From Sedimentisphaerales bacterium (lineage in GTDB: Bacteria > Planctomycetota > Phycisphaerae > Sedimentisphaerales > SM23-30): 64,000 nucleotides of DNA. The notes beneath the pieces are model-generated. The model was not told the DNA's origin and ran no database searches. It was given only the letters and a program-made list of their open reading frames with translations. This document shows, piece by piece, positions 29,580 to 40,424 of this stretch (the first letter of the stretch is position 1; every line of letters begins with the position of its first letter). The stretch covers positions 448,001 through 512,000 of the forward strand of contig CAXXMR010000013.1 in assembly GCA_963663805.2 (NCBI GenBank). The letters are read 5' to 3'. Both the position numbers and the translations under genes were made by a program.

Positions 29580-30776
29580 ATGTTTGAGACCATTCCCATG
29601 GCCCCTGCCGACCCGATTCTCGGCCTTACTGAAGCCTTCAAAGCCGACCCTAACCCTGCCAAGATCAATCTTGGTGTGGGTGTATACAAGGATGAGACGG
29701 GCCAAACGCCCATATTTGAGACGGTTAAGAAGGCTGAACAGCGGATTTTGGAGTCGGAGTCGTCCAAGTCTTATTTACCCATTTCCGGTGCCCCTGAGTA
29801 TGCTGACGCTGTTTTGCGGATGCTTTTTGGCGGTAGCCATGAGATTGTTTCCAGTCAGCGGGCAGCTACGGCCCAGACGCCCGGCGGGACCGGCGCTTTG
29901 CGTGTGGCGGGCGATTTTTTGAAATTTGCCAACCCTGACGCGACCATCTATGTCAGCAACCCTACCTGGGCCAACCACAAGGGTGTTTTTGCGGCTTCGG
30001 GTTTGAAGATTGAGGAATACCCTTATTATGATTCTCAGAGCAAATCGCTTGATTTTGAGGCGATGATTGCGGCTTTGGGTAATATCCCGGCGAATAACAT
30101 TGTCCTGCTGCACGGCTGCTGTCACAACCCGACCGGTATTGACCCGACCGTTGAACAGTGGCAGCAAATCGCTGAGGTTATCAAAAATAAAAAGCTGGTC
30201 GCCCTTATTGATTTTGCCTATCAGGGTTTAGCCCGTGGAATTAACGAAGACGCTGACGGCATGAGAATCATCTGTGAGGCGGGCTGTGAGACTATCATAA
30301 CCAGCAGTTTTTCGAAGAACGTTGGTCTTTACAATGAGCGTGTCGGTGCCATCACCATAGTGACTGAGAACGCGGAGATTGCAACTCAGGCGTTCAGTCA
30401 GGTCAAACGTGTTATTCGGGCTAATTATTCCAATCCCCCTTCACACGGCGGCAAGATAGTTTCCACAATTCTGGGCGATGCTGAACTTCGCCGGGAATGG
30501 GAAATTGAAGTTGAGCAGATTCGCAAGCGTATTCAGGAAATGCGTGTTCTTTTTGTTGAGACGCTCAAAAAGAAGGGCGTGGAGCAGGATTTCTCATTTA
30601 TTATTGAGCAGAACGGCATGTTCAGCTTCTCAGGTCTGAATCCGGACCAGGTTAAAGCCCTGCGTGAGAAATACGCGATTTATATTGTTGGTTCCGGCAG
30701 AATCAATGTTGCCGGTATGACCAAGGCCAATATGGAGCCTCTTTGCGAGGCGATAGCTGAGGTTCTTAACGGCTGA
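29580..30776 (+). CDS. aspC: Aspartate/aromatic amino acid aminotransferase
   Basis: APADPILGL, NLGVGVY, GGTGAL, HGCCHNPTG, DFAYQG, PLP lysine in SFSKN, SGRINVAG. Confidence 0.95.
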   Translation: MFETIPMAPADPILGLTEAFKADPNPAKINLGVGVYKDETGQTPIFETVKKAEQRILESESSKSYLPISGAPEYADAVLRMLFGGSHEIVSSQRAATAQTPGGTGALRVAGDFLKFANPDATIYVSNPTWANHKGVFAASGLKIEEYPYYDSQSKSLDFEAMIAALGNIPANNIVLLHGCCHNPTGIDPTVEQWQQIAEVIKNKKLVALIDFAYQGLARGINEDADGMRIICEAGCETIITSSFSKNVGLYNERVGAITIVTENAEIATQAFSQVKRVIRANYSNPPSHGGKIVSTILGDAELRREWEIEVEQIRKRIQEMRVLFVETLKKKGVEQDFSFIIEQNGMFSFSGLNPDQVKALREKYAIYIVGSGRINVAGMTKANMEPLCEAIAEVLNG

Positions 30777-30797
30777 TACCTCGTTAAGCGCAATAAT

Positions 30798-30837
30798 AAG
30801 CGGGAAGCATCTTTCTAGGGGTGCTTCCCGCTTTTTT
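30798..30837 (+). terminator. Intrinsic terminator between convergent aspC and porin genes
   Basis: Stem AAGCGGGAAGCAT/GTGCTTCCCGCTT followed by a T tract. Confidence 0.85.
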
Positions 30838-30864
30838 AAATTACTCAACAAGCTGATGCTTTAG

Positions 30865-32094
30865 TTAGAACTTAACAATCAGGTCAAACTCTGCCTGTTT
30901 GTAGTCCACATCGTCGCCGCCTACATCGCGTTTGCCGATATAGCCGGTCAGACTCAGGAGGCAACCGTCGGCGACCTTCATTCCGACGCTCATCTTGTGG
31001 CCCATCGAATTGGTGCCACTGCCAAAGCAGCCTTCGCTGAACTGGCCTACGACGGAATCGGCGCCCAGTTCGCTGTAATTATATGTGCAACGCCAGTCGC
31101 CGATATTAGCTGTTTTGCCAACGACTACACCGGCCAGATAACCGGTATCTTTATCGGAGGCGCCCAAGTTGTTTGCATAATCGGCAAAAATGCTCATGGG
31201 CAGGCCGATAGCGGTAAAGCCGAAATCAGCAAACAGGTTCACGATATTAAAATCGTTTTCGTAGCCTCCTGTTCCGTCGTCAGTATTGCCGGCCAGGTCA
31301 TCCAGAGCATGCCCTTCGATATTGCCAAAGTCGTAGTAGGCGGCACCGAGGGTCAGATTCGCAGAGCAGTCTTCCAGGCAGAGCCAGGTTAAACCGGTCT
31401 GGATACCCCACAAGCTGGTGTCAGCATCTGTAGCACGTTCTTCGACCCAGAAGCCACCAGCGGTGGAGAATACATCAAGTTTCTCGCCGATCGATTTTTT
31501 GACAACGCCGGCGATACCTTCAAAGGACTGGCCGTCGAAAATCAGGGAACTATTGCCGGGATGGTTGAACGGGTCTTCGAATTTACCACCCAGGATGTGA
31601 ATGCCGCGGAAGCCGTCAATGTCGTAGAATGGGGAAATGCCATCCAGGAAATCAACACCAACACTCAGGAACGGCAGTTTTTCCAGCGTACCGGGGTGAT
31701 AATCGAAATAGGCCAGATCGACATAGGCATCCGCATCATCGAAGCTGTCGCCCATGGTCTTTTCGCCAGCAACACGGAATATCAAGTCCATCTCGTCATT
31801 GACCTTGCCGTAGATAGCGATACGACCGCGAACGGTATGGCGATGACGTTTGTCAGCGGCGGCATCATCGTCTGTCCAGTCAAAGCGATAGCGTCCGTCA
31901 CCAGAGAATTTGGTGAGGTTTTTGACCCAGTCGGGTATTTCCATGTCGCTGGTGGTCTGCTGGACATCTGACATAGCCTGTTCGAGTTTTGCCAGCCGTG
32001 CCTCGAAGCTTTCGCTCGATTCGGCGGCTGTGCTGATATTATAGACCATAAATACCATCAAAAATGCTACAAGTAAAATGCTCATCCGTTTCAT
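30865..32094 (-). CDS. Putative outer-membrane porin
   Basis: Signal peptide, short coiled coil, FSGDGRYRFD start of the barrel, amphipathic strands and a terminal Phe (LIVKF). Confidence 0.8.
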   Translation of the reverse strand: MKRMSILLVAFLMVFMVYNISTAAESSESFEARLAKLEQAMSDVQQTTSDMEIPDWVKNLTKFSGDGRYRFDWTDDDAAADKRHRHTVRGRIAIYGKVNDEMDLIFRVAGEKTMGDSFDDADAYVDLAYFDYHPGTLEKLPFLSVGVDFLDGISPFYDIDGFRGIHILGGKFEDPFNHPGNSSLIFDGQSFEGIAGVVKKSIGEKLDVFSTAGGFWVEERATDADTSLWGIQTGLTWLCLEDCSANLTLGAAYYDFGNIEGHALDDLAGNTDDGTGGYENDFNIVNLFADFGFTAIGLPMSIFADYANNLGASDKDTGYLAGVVVGKTANIGDWRCTYNYSELGADSVVGQFSEGCFGSGTNSMGHKMSVGMKVADGCLLSLTGYIGKRDVGGDDVDYKQAEFDLIVKF

Positions 32095-32999
32095 AATTTG
32101 ACTCCTTAACCAATGTTCTAACACCTTGTGACGGGACTCAAACGACATACAGATAACAATATTCTGCAAGCCCGCCGGTTACTCTTGCGGTCGAATTCAA
32201 CTGTTGAACTCGATAAGCCGCATTCTCCGGTTCACTATGTAATCAATGCCATATTCGGACCTTTCAAAGCTTGTTTTCAAAATGTCTCGCCGGTTGACCG
32301 GCAGTAAGAACGAATATTGAAAATCTTATACAAATAAAACCTTCGCTTTGTTTTGCCATAAATCGGTGTATTTATTGGGAAACCTGTATGGAAAATCAGC
32401 CCTTTTTTGGTCTTTTTTCAGGTCCGTTTTTATGTTTTGGGCTTTCAATACTGGCAGTGACGTTTTTGTAGTTAATTTGTAGCGGTTGTATCGAAAAAAA
32501 TGGTAGGACCTTTGCCTATGAAAAAATCTGGATTGTCCGATAAGCGTAATTATCTGGACCAACCCAATTCACAACTCTTTTGCTTGCTTGTGATTACTGA
32601 ATTGCCCCTAGTGTATAGACTGTAATCAATATTAGTTATATGACCATGCGAATTGTCCGCTCACCTCTCAAGGCTCATTAATACTCTCAGATTCCCTTTT
32701 GGGGATGAAATATCGCTTTACGGCCATATTTTTCTGAATTTTGGCCTTAAAAAAACTGATAATTACATTGTGGAATGCAGGCCGGAAAGGTTTGCGGAGA
32801 ATGAATTACATGGGAAATTAATAGTAAGCTTCTGAAATCCTTTTTGTCACAATGCCCGGATAGAACTTGTTCTGTCTGGGCATTGTTTTTTTGTGGGGTT
32901 GCATTACTTTTGATTATTCTTACGTTTTCTGGTTCCTGCCGATAAAACTGGTGTAGAGTTTTATAGAATTGCAATTTGGCTTATATTTCAGGACCATAA

Positions 33000-34826
33000 A
33001 TGAAGCTGCACAAAGGGTTAGGATTACTTGATGTTTTTGCGATAGCTACTGGGGCGATGATTTCCGGGATTTTCATTCTGCCGGGTTTGGCCTTTGAGCA
33101 GGCTGGTCCGGTGGTGATGGTTTCATATTTTTTTTCGGGTTTGCTCGCATTGAGCGGATTGTTCAGTCAGGCGGAGCTTACCTCTGCGATGCCTCGCGCG
33201 GGTGGGACATATTTCAATGTTACGCGTTCGATGGGCTCGGCTGTAGGCACTGTTTACGGGCTGATTACCTGGTTGAGTATGGCCTTGAAAACCGCCTATG
33301 AGCTTTTGTTTATGGGGTTGATTCTGGCGATGGTGGTTCATCTGCCGGGTCATCTGCTGGCGGTGGTTATTTGTCTGCTGTTTGTGGGGTTGAATTTGAT
33401 TGGTGCTAAAGAAGCGGGCAAAATTCAGGCATATCTGGTTTTGGGTATTCTTGGGCTGCTGGTACTTTTTTTGATTCTTTCACTCGGAAAAATGTCGGTG
33501 AGGAACTTTGAACCGTTTTTGCCCAAAGGCTGGGATGCGGTATTGCCGACGGCTGGCTTGGTATTTGTCTCGTTTGGTGGCTTGCTGAAAGTTGCCAATA
33601 TCGCCGAAGAAGCTAAAAAGCCCGGTCGTAATATACCTTTGGCGATGCTCTTGTCGATGATAGTTGTCAGTGTCTTTTATCTTTTAGTGGTTTTTGCCTG
33701 TATTGCCGTATTGGGCCCGAATTTATCGGGTTTGCAGCATCCTGTGGCTGAAGCGTCCAGGGTTTTTATGGGCAATGCCGGTCCTGTTTTGTATAGTGTT
33801 GCCGCGGTGCTGGCGATTGTAAGTTCAGCTAACGCCGGGATCATGGCGGCCTCTCGTTTTCCGCTGGCTCTGGCACGTGATGAAATGCTGCCAGCTTGGC
33901 TGGGTAAAATAAACGCACGTTGCAAGACCCCTCACCCAGCTATTCTGTTGACCGGCGTGGTCATCATTGCCGCTATGTTCGTTGATGTGAAAATACTGGT
34001 CAAGGCGGCCTCGTGTGTATTGATTTTGACTTATGTTTTTACTTGTATTGCGGTTATTATCCTGCGCGAAAGCAAAATTCAGAATTATCGTCCTCAGTTT
34101 CGTTCGCCTTTGTATCCGTGGATTCAGGTTATAGGCATACTTGGTTTTGACGCTTTACTGTTTGGTCTGGGTTGGGAGGCTTTGCTTACGTGCAGTGTGT
34201 TGGTTCTTTGTGGTTTCGCGGCGTATTGGTTTTACGGCAGACCCCGCGCATCCAAGGATTACGCCCTGCTGCATCTGATTGAGCGCGTGACGGCTCGCGA
34301 GCTTGCTTCGACCCATCTGGAAAGCGAACTGAAGGACATTATTCATGAGCGTGACGAGATTATGAAGGATCGTTTTGACCATCTGGTCGAGAACTGTCCG
34401 GTGCTGGATTTGGAAGGGCCTATCTGGTCAGACACATTTTTTGATAAAGCGGCCGAAGTTTTGGCTGCGGATCTGGATATTTCCAAGGAAGTTGTTTATA
34501 ACGGTTTTCTGGAGCGGGAATCTCAGGGTTCGACGGTACTAAGTCCGTTCCTGGCGATACCTCACGTTGTAATTGAAGGCGAGCAGCATTTCGATATTCT
34601 TCTGGCCCGCTGTCAGGAAGGTATTGTTTTCTCGGAAGAACATAACAAGGTTCACGCGGTGTTTGTGTTGATTGGTACGCGTGACGAGCGGTCTTTTCAT
34701 CTTATGTCGCTGGCGGCTATTGCCCAGATTGTCCAGGACGAGGATTTTGATTATCGCTGGAAGAACGCCAAAAATATTGAGGCTTTGCGTGATATAGTTT
34801 TGCTCAGCAAGAGAATGAGAAATTAG
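33000..34826 (+). CDS. APC-family amino acid permease fused to a C-terminal PTS EIIA-like domain
   Basis: ATGAMISGIF, AEL.SAMP.AGG.Y, AEE.K.P.RNIP; C-terminal ERE..GST...AIPH. Confidence 0.88.
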   Translation: MKLHKGLGLLDVFAIATGAMISGIFILPGLAFEQAGPVVMVSYFFSGLLALSGLFSQAELTSAMPRAGGTYFNVTRSMGSAVGTVYGLITWLSMALKTAYELLFMGLILAMVVHLPGHLLAVVICLLFVGLNLIGAKEAGKIQAYLVLGILGLLVLFLILSLGKMSVRNFEPFLPKGWDAVLPTAGLVFVSFGGLLKVANIAEEAKKPGRNIPLAMLLSMIVVSVFYLLVVFACIAVLGPNLSGLQHPVAEASRVFMGNAGPVLYSVAAVLAIVSSANAGIMAASRFPLALARDEMLPAWLGKINARCKTPHPAILLTGVVIIAAMFVDVKILVKAASCVLILTYVFTCIAVIILRESKIQNYRPQFRSPLYPWIQVIGILGFDALLFGLGWEALLTCSVLVLCGFAAYWFYGRPRASKDYALLHLIERVTARELASTHLESELKDIIHERDEIMKDRFDHLVENCPVLDLEGPIWSDTFFDKAAEVLAADLDISKEVVYNGFLERESQGSTVLSPFLAIPHVVIEGEQHFDILLARCQEGIVFSEEHNKVHAVFVLIGTRDERSFHLMSLAAIAQIVQDEDFDYRWKNAKNIEALRDIVLLSKRMRN

Positions 34827-34837
34827 TTTTTGGGCAT

Positions 34838-34873
34838 AAAAAAAGCCGAACCGATTTGGGGACCGGTTCGGCT
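34838..34873 (-). terminator. Intrinsic terminator downstream of the chemoreceptor gene
   Basis: Stem AGCCGAACCG/CGGTTCGGCT with a T tract on the minus strand. Confidence 0.8.
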
Positions 34874-34895
34874 GTATTTAGCGATAACAGTTTCC

Positions 34896-37457
34896 TTAAT
34901 GAGCTATACCCGCCTTGCTTAGGGCTTTGCTGTATTGCTTGTCGAGTTTCATGATATGATTGACGAGCCAGTCTCTGAGGAATTCCATCATTTTGACTGA
35001 AAGTGCCGCCTTGTTACTCATATAGTCCTCTTCGAACTCCTTCATTTTGTTGACAAACATGGTGTGCTGGCGTTTTTGTTCCGGCAAGCCCTCATAATTA
35101 ATCGATTCCAGATGACGTTCTTCCTCGCTGAAATGTTCTTCGGTATAGCGGATGAGCGAGTCAATTATACCGCCGGTATGTTCCTGAGATTTATGGTTTT
35201 TCATCGCATCGTACATCTGGTTGATAAGTTCGAGCAGTCTTTGATGTTGTTTATCCATTTTGTCTATGCCGACGCTGAGTTGGTTGGTCCAGTCGAAGAA
35301 TTTTTTAGGGGCAGTGTTACGTTTTATGTTGCCGACTTTGAATTGGCTGACAAGTGACTGGAGAGTTTCGGCGACTTTAGAAAGTTCCATGCCTGCCAGT
35401 TGGGTCTGGCTGGCCCCTTCGGAGGTTGATTTGGCGGCATTGTCCACCGCGACGATGTTTTGAGCGATTTCCTGAGTCGCCTGAGCTGCTTCGCCGGCAC
35501 CGCTGGAAACGATTTCTGAAGCACTGGCTGTTTGTGAAATGCTTTCGGAGATTTCTCTGGTAGTGGAACTTTGCTCCTCTACGGCTGTCGCAATGGTCCG
35601 CGATACTGCATTGACCTGTTTAATGACCTCGCTGATTTTGCCGATGGCATCAACAGAAGTACCCGCTGTTTGCTGTATGGCTTCTACTCGTTTAGCTATG
35701 TCCCCGGTAGCTTCGGCTGTTTGTCGGGCAAGCTCCTTAACTTCGTTAGCGACGACGGCGAACCCTTTACCGGCATCTCCGGCACGAGCGGCTTCGATAG
35801 TAGCGTTAAGGGCGAGCAGGTTAGTTTGCTCGGCGATGTCCTGAATTACTTCGATAACCTTGCCGATAGCGTCGGCAGCTTCGCCCAACAGGCCTATGCT
35901 TTGATTACTGCTTTCGGCGAGCACGTTGGCTTGTTCGGCGACCGTTGCGGCCTGTTCAGCGTTTTTGGCAACTTCTGAGATACTGGCGGTCATTTCCTCG
36001 ATTGCCGAAGCTACGGTTTTGATATTTGAGTCCATCTGTTCCGACGAACCCGCGATATTTTTCATGTTGATAGACATTTCTTCGGTCGCAGCGGCAACTG
36101 ATGCTGACTGATTACTCATTCGCTGAGATTCACCTGCCATCTGAGAAGCTGTTCCGGCAAGTGTTTCTGACGAGGATGCCAGTGTGGTGGTGTTTTCGGC
36201 AATTTCTCCAATAATATTCTGTACCTTTTCGACGAAGGTGTTGAACCATTTGGCAAGCTGTCCCATTTCGTCGGGTTGTGAATCATCCATTCTTTTGGTA
36301 AGGTCGCCTTCGCCCTGGGCGATGTCTTCGAGCATATCAACGGCAGTGCGTATAGGTTTGACCACGCTGCCGGCGACAATCCAGAGCAGTGTCAGTGCCG
36401 CGGCGACACATGCCAGTGCAAGCATGGTCATTTTGTAGGTATCTGAGTCCGCCTCGGTCATTTGTGCTTGAGCTGCCGCGGTTACCCGGCTTATCGGTGC
36501 AGTAACGAGCACCGCCCAGGGTGAAGTACTTCTTCCGACATTGATGGGGACGCACACTCGGTATGATTCTTCGCCGCTGGTTGTTGAAACGCTGGAGGTG
36601 ATAAAGCTTTCGCCTTTGGCGATCCTGGCGAGGAACGGTTCAATCCAGGGGGCGGTATCAACTACAGGATTGCCTACGCGTTCGGTTTGGGGATGGGCAA
36701 CATAAGTGCCGTTGTTAGCGATGATGCTAAGATAGCCGGTTTTGAATAGTTCTCCGCTTTGCTGGATTTTTTGAACCATCTCGACCAGATTGCTGAGTTT
36801 GATGTCAATGCCGGCGATTCCATAGACTTTGCCATCGGCTTTAATGGGGACTACCAGTGACGTTAGTAAAACATCCTCACCTTGTATTTTGTAAAGGTAA
36901 GGATTAATCAGGCATTCCTGTCCGGTTTTTTGGGGCAGCAGATAGTAATCTCCATTTCCGGGGATCTGGTAATCTACCAATGGTTCGAGATTCATTGTGT
37001 CATTGTCTGCTCTGGTCCAGTATGGGATAAAACGTCCCGTGTTGTCATGACCTGCGGTATCAGCGAATTTCTGGTCCTGGGCATCGAAGGCGTCCGGTTC
37101 CCAGCAGGTATAGGTGCCGAGGAATTCCGGATTTTGTTTCAGCAGGGTCTGGAGAATAACGTTGACCTGTTCTCGGTCAACTTTAAGTGGTGATTGGGGA
37201 TTTTTTACTCCGGACAGGGTCTGGGCCAGGGTGCGGGCGGCGTCCATAGGAACTTCGAGCTCGGCTTTGATTTGCATGGAGTATCTCTGGGCGATGGAAT
37301 CAGCGTATTGCAGCGAGGAATCAACGTCCACTTTGAGAGACTCCTGAGCGGAGTGATGCATCATGTAAGCAGCCAGCCCTACGATTGCGGCTGACGTTAC
37401 CAGTAGACAAATACCTGCCGAAGCTGCGATTTTCACTTTGATACTTTTAAGATTCAT
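34896..37457 (-). CDS. Methyl-accepting chemotaxis protein (dCache-HAMP-MA) with C-terminal hemerythrin
   Basis: Two TMs around a Cache region (GRFIPYW, YY..P, PY), HAMP (GDLT..DEMGQLA), [29 protein letters not shown], and a hemerythrin tail. Confidence 0.93.
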   Translation of the reverse strand: MNLKSIKVKIAASAGICLLVTSAAIVGLAAYMMHHSAQESLKVDVDSSLQYADSIAQRYSMQIKAELEVPMDAARTLAQTLSGVKNPQSPLKVDREQVNVILQTLLKQNPEFLGTYTCWEPDAFDAQDQKFADTAGHDNTGRFIPYWTRADNDTMNLEPLVDYQIPGNGDYYLLPQKTGQECLINPYLYKIQGEDVLLTSLVVPIKADGKVYGIAGIDIKLSNLVEMVQKIQQSGELFKTGYLSIIANNGTYVAHPQTERVGNPVVDTAPWIEPFLARIAKGESFITSSVSTTSGEESYRVCVPINVGRSTSPWAVLVTAPISRVTAAAQAQMTEADSDTYKMTMLALACVAAALTLLWIVAGSVVKPIRTAVDMLEDIAQGEGDLTKRMDDSQPDEMGQLAKWFNTFVEKVQNIIGEIAENTTTLASSSETLAGTASQMAGESQRMSNQSASVAAATEEMSINMKNIAGSSEQMDSNIKTVASAIEEMTASISEVAKNAEQAATVAEQANVLAESSNQSIGLLGEAADAIGKVIEVIQDIAEQTNLLALNATIEAARAGDAGKGFAVVANEVKELARQTAEATGDIAKRVEAIQQTAGTSVDAIGKISEVIKQVNAVSRTIATAVEEQSSTTREISESISQTASASEIVSSGAGEAAQATQEIAQNIVAVDNAAKSTSEGASQTQLAGMELSKVAETLQSLVSQFKVGNIKRNTAPKKFFDWTNQLSVGIDKMDKQHQRLLELINQMYDAMKNHKSQEHTGGIIDSLIRYTEEHFSEEERHLESINYEGLPEQKRQHTMFVNKMKEFEEDYMSNKAALSVKMMEFLRDWLVNHIMKLDKQYSKALSKAGIAH

Positions 37458-37735
37458 CTTTAAGTCCTTTATAAAATATGCGTCCTATACTCTCGCTGAA
37501 AATAATCAGCCTAACATGAGATTAAGATTCGGCTTTTTTCGAGGGGTTATGTTGTTTAAAAAGAGTTAAATATCGGGCAATGGCAAGCCGGTTGTAAGTC
37601 TCTATTTAGTATAGGGTTGTACTTGTTGTATTTTAAGGGGGGCGGTTCTGTATTCTTAAGAGGCCGATAATGTGACGTGGATTTGGATTGAAGATGGGAG
37701 AGTTATGGGTCTTTATTTCGTGCTGCCGCCGGGGG

Positions 37736-38823
37736 TTATAAGAGGACGATGTCGTCGGCGTGAATTACCGTTTTTTTTCTTGAGTTATCGCCGGCCGCTT
37801 TTTCGTTCAGAAATTTCTGGAGATTGACAGAGCTGATACGGCAGATACCTTTGGCAAATGAGCCGATGCGGACAACCTGTCCCGCCGCGAAGGTTCCTCT
37901 AACGGCGGTGATTCCGACGAACAGCAGGCTGCGATGGTCGCGGAGGGCTTGGGCTGCGCCGGTGTCGATTTCGATTAGATTGTCGGTGGAGCTGTTGAGT
38001 ATCCAGCGTTTGCGGTTGCTGAGGCGGCGTTTGGGCAGGAATAAAGTGCCTATTTCCTCGGCGTTCATAATGCGGGTTATAACATCATTTTCGCGACCGT
38101 GGGCGAGAATGGTTTTGCATCCACCCTGAGCGGCGATGTTGATGGCGTTAAGTTTGCTGGCCATGCCGCCGGTGCTGAATGTTGAGCCTGCTTTGCCAGC
38201 CATGGCCCGGATTTCATCGGTTATTTCAGGGACAAGCGTCAGCAGTTGGGCGTTTTTATCCTGGCTGGGGTTGCGATTATAAAGTCCCGCGACATCGGTA
38301 AGGATAACCAGCAGCTCCGCGTCGATCTTGGATGCCACCAGAGCCGAAAGTCTGTCATTGTCACCAAAGGCCAAATCGATTTCGTCAATACTTACACAGT
38401 CGTTTTCGTTGATAATCGGCACAATATTAAGCGAAAGCAGCTTTTCGACCGCGTTTTTGAGATTTACGTAATATTTACGGTTGCTCATGATTTTATGGTC
38501 AGCAGTACCTGAGCGACCGTTTGGCCATACAGTTCAAATGCCTGCTGATAATGATGCATCAATATCCCCTGGCCTACCGCCGCCAGGGCCTGACGCATTT
38601 TTACGTCTTTAACCTTGTGTTTAATGCCCAGCGTCGAAGACCCCATGCCAATCGCGCCGGAGGTGACAAGTATCACCTGGCGTTTCTGCTGGACCTGTTG
38701 GGAGATTTGGCCGGCGATGAGGCGCATGTATTCCGTATCAACAGCGGCATTGCGAGTGAGTACGTTGGTGCCGACTTTGATAACCAGACGTTTAACAGTG
38801 CTGAAATCTCTTACAGAGGACAT
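37736..38823 (-). CDS. proB: Glutamate 5-kinase, split by a -1 frameshift near 38490-38498
   Basis: VIKVGTN, VTSGAIG and QALAAVGQ in ORF 38485..38823; PIINEND, FGDNDRLSA and TGGM.SK in ORF 37736..38488. Confidence 0.93.
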
Positions 38824-40121
38824 GTTTTGTTAATATCCTTATGCGTGAAAGTTTTCTCGCCCGATGAATAATCCGCGACGATTTGGCCGGTGCCGATGAG
38901 TTTCCATTTGTAAATCACCAGCCCTTCAAGTCCCACCGGGCCGCGAGCGTGTATCTTGTTGGTACTGATGCCCACTTCGGCGCCCAGGCCATAACGGAAA
39001 CCGTCGGCGAAACGCGTTGAACAGTTCCAGAACACATTTGCCGAATCGACCAGAGAAGTGAACTTACCTGCTGCTTCCTGGTCGTTGGTGACGATCGCGT
39101 CGGTATGGCCCGAACCATAGGTGTTGATATGTTCGATAGCCTGTTCAATGCCGTCCACGATTTTTATCGAGAGAGTCAGGTCGTTATATTCGGTTTGCCA
39201 GTCAGCATCGTTAGCCCCGGCAATAGGTATTATCGCACAAGTGCGCGAATCACCTCGCAGCTCCACGCCGGCGGTGTCATATTTCTCTTTCATTACCGGC
39301 AGGAAGTCCGCGGCAAGCTGACTATCCACCAGCAGGGTTTCCATCGCGTTACAGACCGCGGCGTACTGACATTTGGAATCGAAAGCGATGTTGACGGCCT
39401 GTTCAATATTAGCCTGGCTGTGAACATAGACATGACAGATACCGTCGGCATGACCCAGCACGGGGATGCGGGTGTTGTCCATAATGTATTTAACGAAGGC
39501 GTTGGAGCCGCGGGGGATAATCAGGTCGATGCAGTCGTCAAGACTCAGCATAGCTTTAACATCGGCACGGGTTTCCAGCAGGCCCATCCATCCTTCTGGT
39601 ACGCCGGCTTGCGTTGAGGCATTGATAATTGTTTGAGCCAGTACGCGATTGGTTTCGGTAGCTTCGGTTCCGCCTTTGAGCAATACGGCGTTGCCGGACT
39701 TGAGTGCCAGAGCGGAAATCTGAACCAGAGCGTCAGGGCGTGATTCAAATACAATGCCAAGCACCCCGATAGGACAGCTGACCTGATAAAGTTCCAGATT
39801 CGCATCCAGTTCGGTAGCACGGGTGGTCACCCCCGTTGGGTCGGGCAGTTTGGCCAGACTGCGAATCCCCTCGACCGCGTCTTCGAGCTTGGCGGCATCG
39901 AATTTGAGTCTTTTGAGCAGGGCGGGGGAGAGATTTTCCTTCTCGGCCTGTTCCAGGTCAGCTTTATTCGCCGCGACAATAGCGTCCTGATTACGAATCA
40001 GTTCATCGGCGACCGCCTCCAACGCCTGGTTTTTAGCGGCGGCGGTCAGCGAGGCACAGCGGATAGATGCCGACAGGGCCTTTTGGGCGATTTTTTCTAT
40101 CACGATATAAGCTCCTGACAT
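38811..40121 (-). CDS. proA: Gamma-glutamyl phosphate reductase
   Basis: PIGVLGIVFESRP, IPRGS, CNAMETLL, STRFADG, GISTNKIHARGPVGL. An alternative GTG start at 40103 follows an AGGAG. Confidence 0.96.
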   Translation of the reverse strand: MSGAYIVIEKIAQKALSASIRCASLTAAAKNQALEAVADELIRNQDAIVAANKADLEQAEKENLSPALLKRLKFDAAKLEDAVEGIRSLAKLPDPTGVTTRATELDANLELYQVSCPIGVLGIVFESRPDALVQISALALKSGNAVLLKGGTEATETNRVLAQTIINASTQAGVPEGWMGLLETRADVKAMLSLDDCIDLIIPRGSNAFVKYIMDNTRIPVLGHADGICHVYVHSQANIEQAVNIAFDSKCQYAAVCNAMETLLVDSQLAADFLPVMKEKYDTAGVELRGDSRTCAIIPIAGANDADWQTEYNDLTLSIKIVDGIEQAIEHINTYGSGHTDAIVTNDQEAAGKFTSLVDSANVFWNCSTRFADGFRYGLGAEVGISTNKIHARGPVGLEGLVIYKWKLIGTGQIVADYSSGEKTFTHKDINKTCPL

Positions 40122-40269
40122 TTGTCTGGTTAGTTCCTCGTTTTATTTATGTTCAGAATGCGTTAATAATTTAATGCCCGCACGATATCTGCCTGAACCG
40201 GCTCAGTTTAGCGTTAAATCTGGATTATTACAAGTGAAAGATAAATATAGGTTTTTTTTGAGCATATCT

Positions 40270-40298
40270 TTGACTTGGGATAATCCATGTGTTATTAT
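40270..40298 (+). promoter_or_regulatory. Sigma70-type promoter candidate
   Basis: TTGACT-17 nt-TATTAT upstream of the PEP-CTERM gene. Confidence 0.55.
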
Positions 40299-40424
40299 GG
40301 TGGTGTCTGAAGCGTTGTTCTGCTTCAGTTGTTTTTGTGTTGTAAATTTAGCCGGCGAGAGAGACGTGGTGTTTCTTTGCGCCGGTTTTTTATTGCCCGA
40401 ATCGGGCGGAAAGGATGGTTGAAA

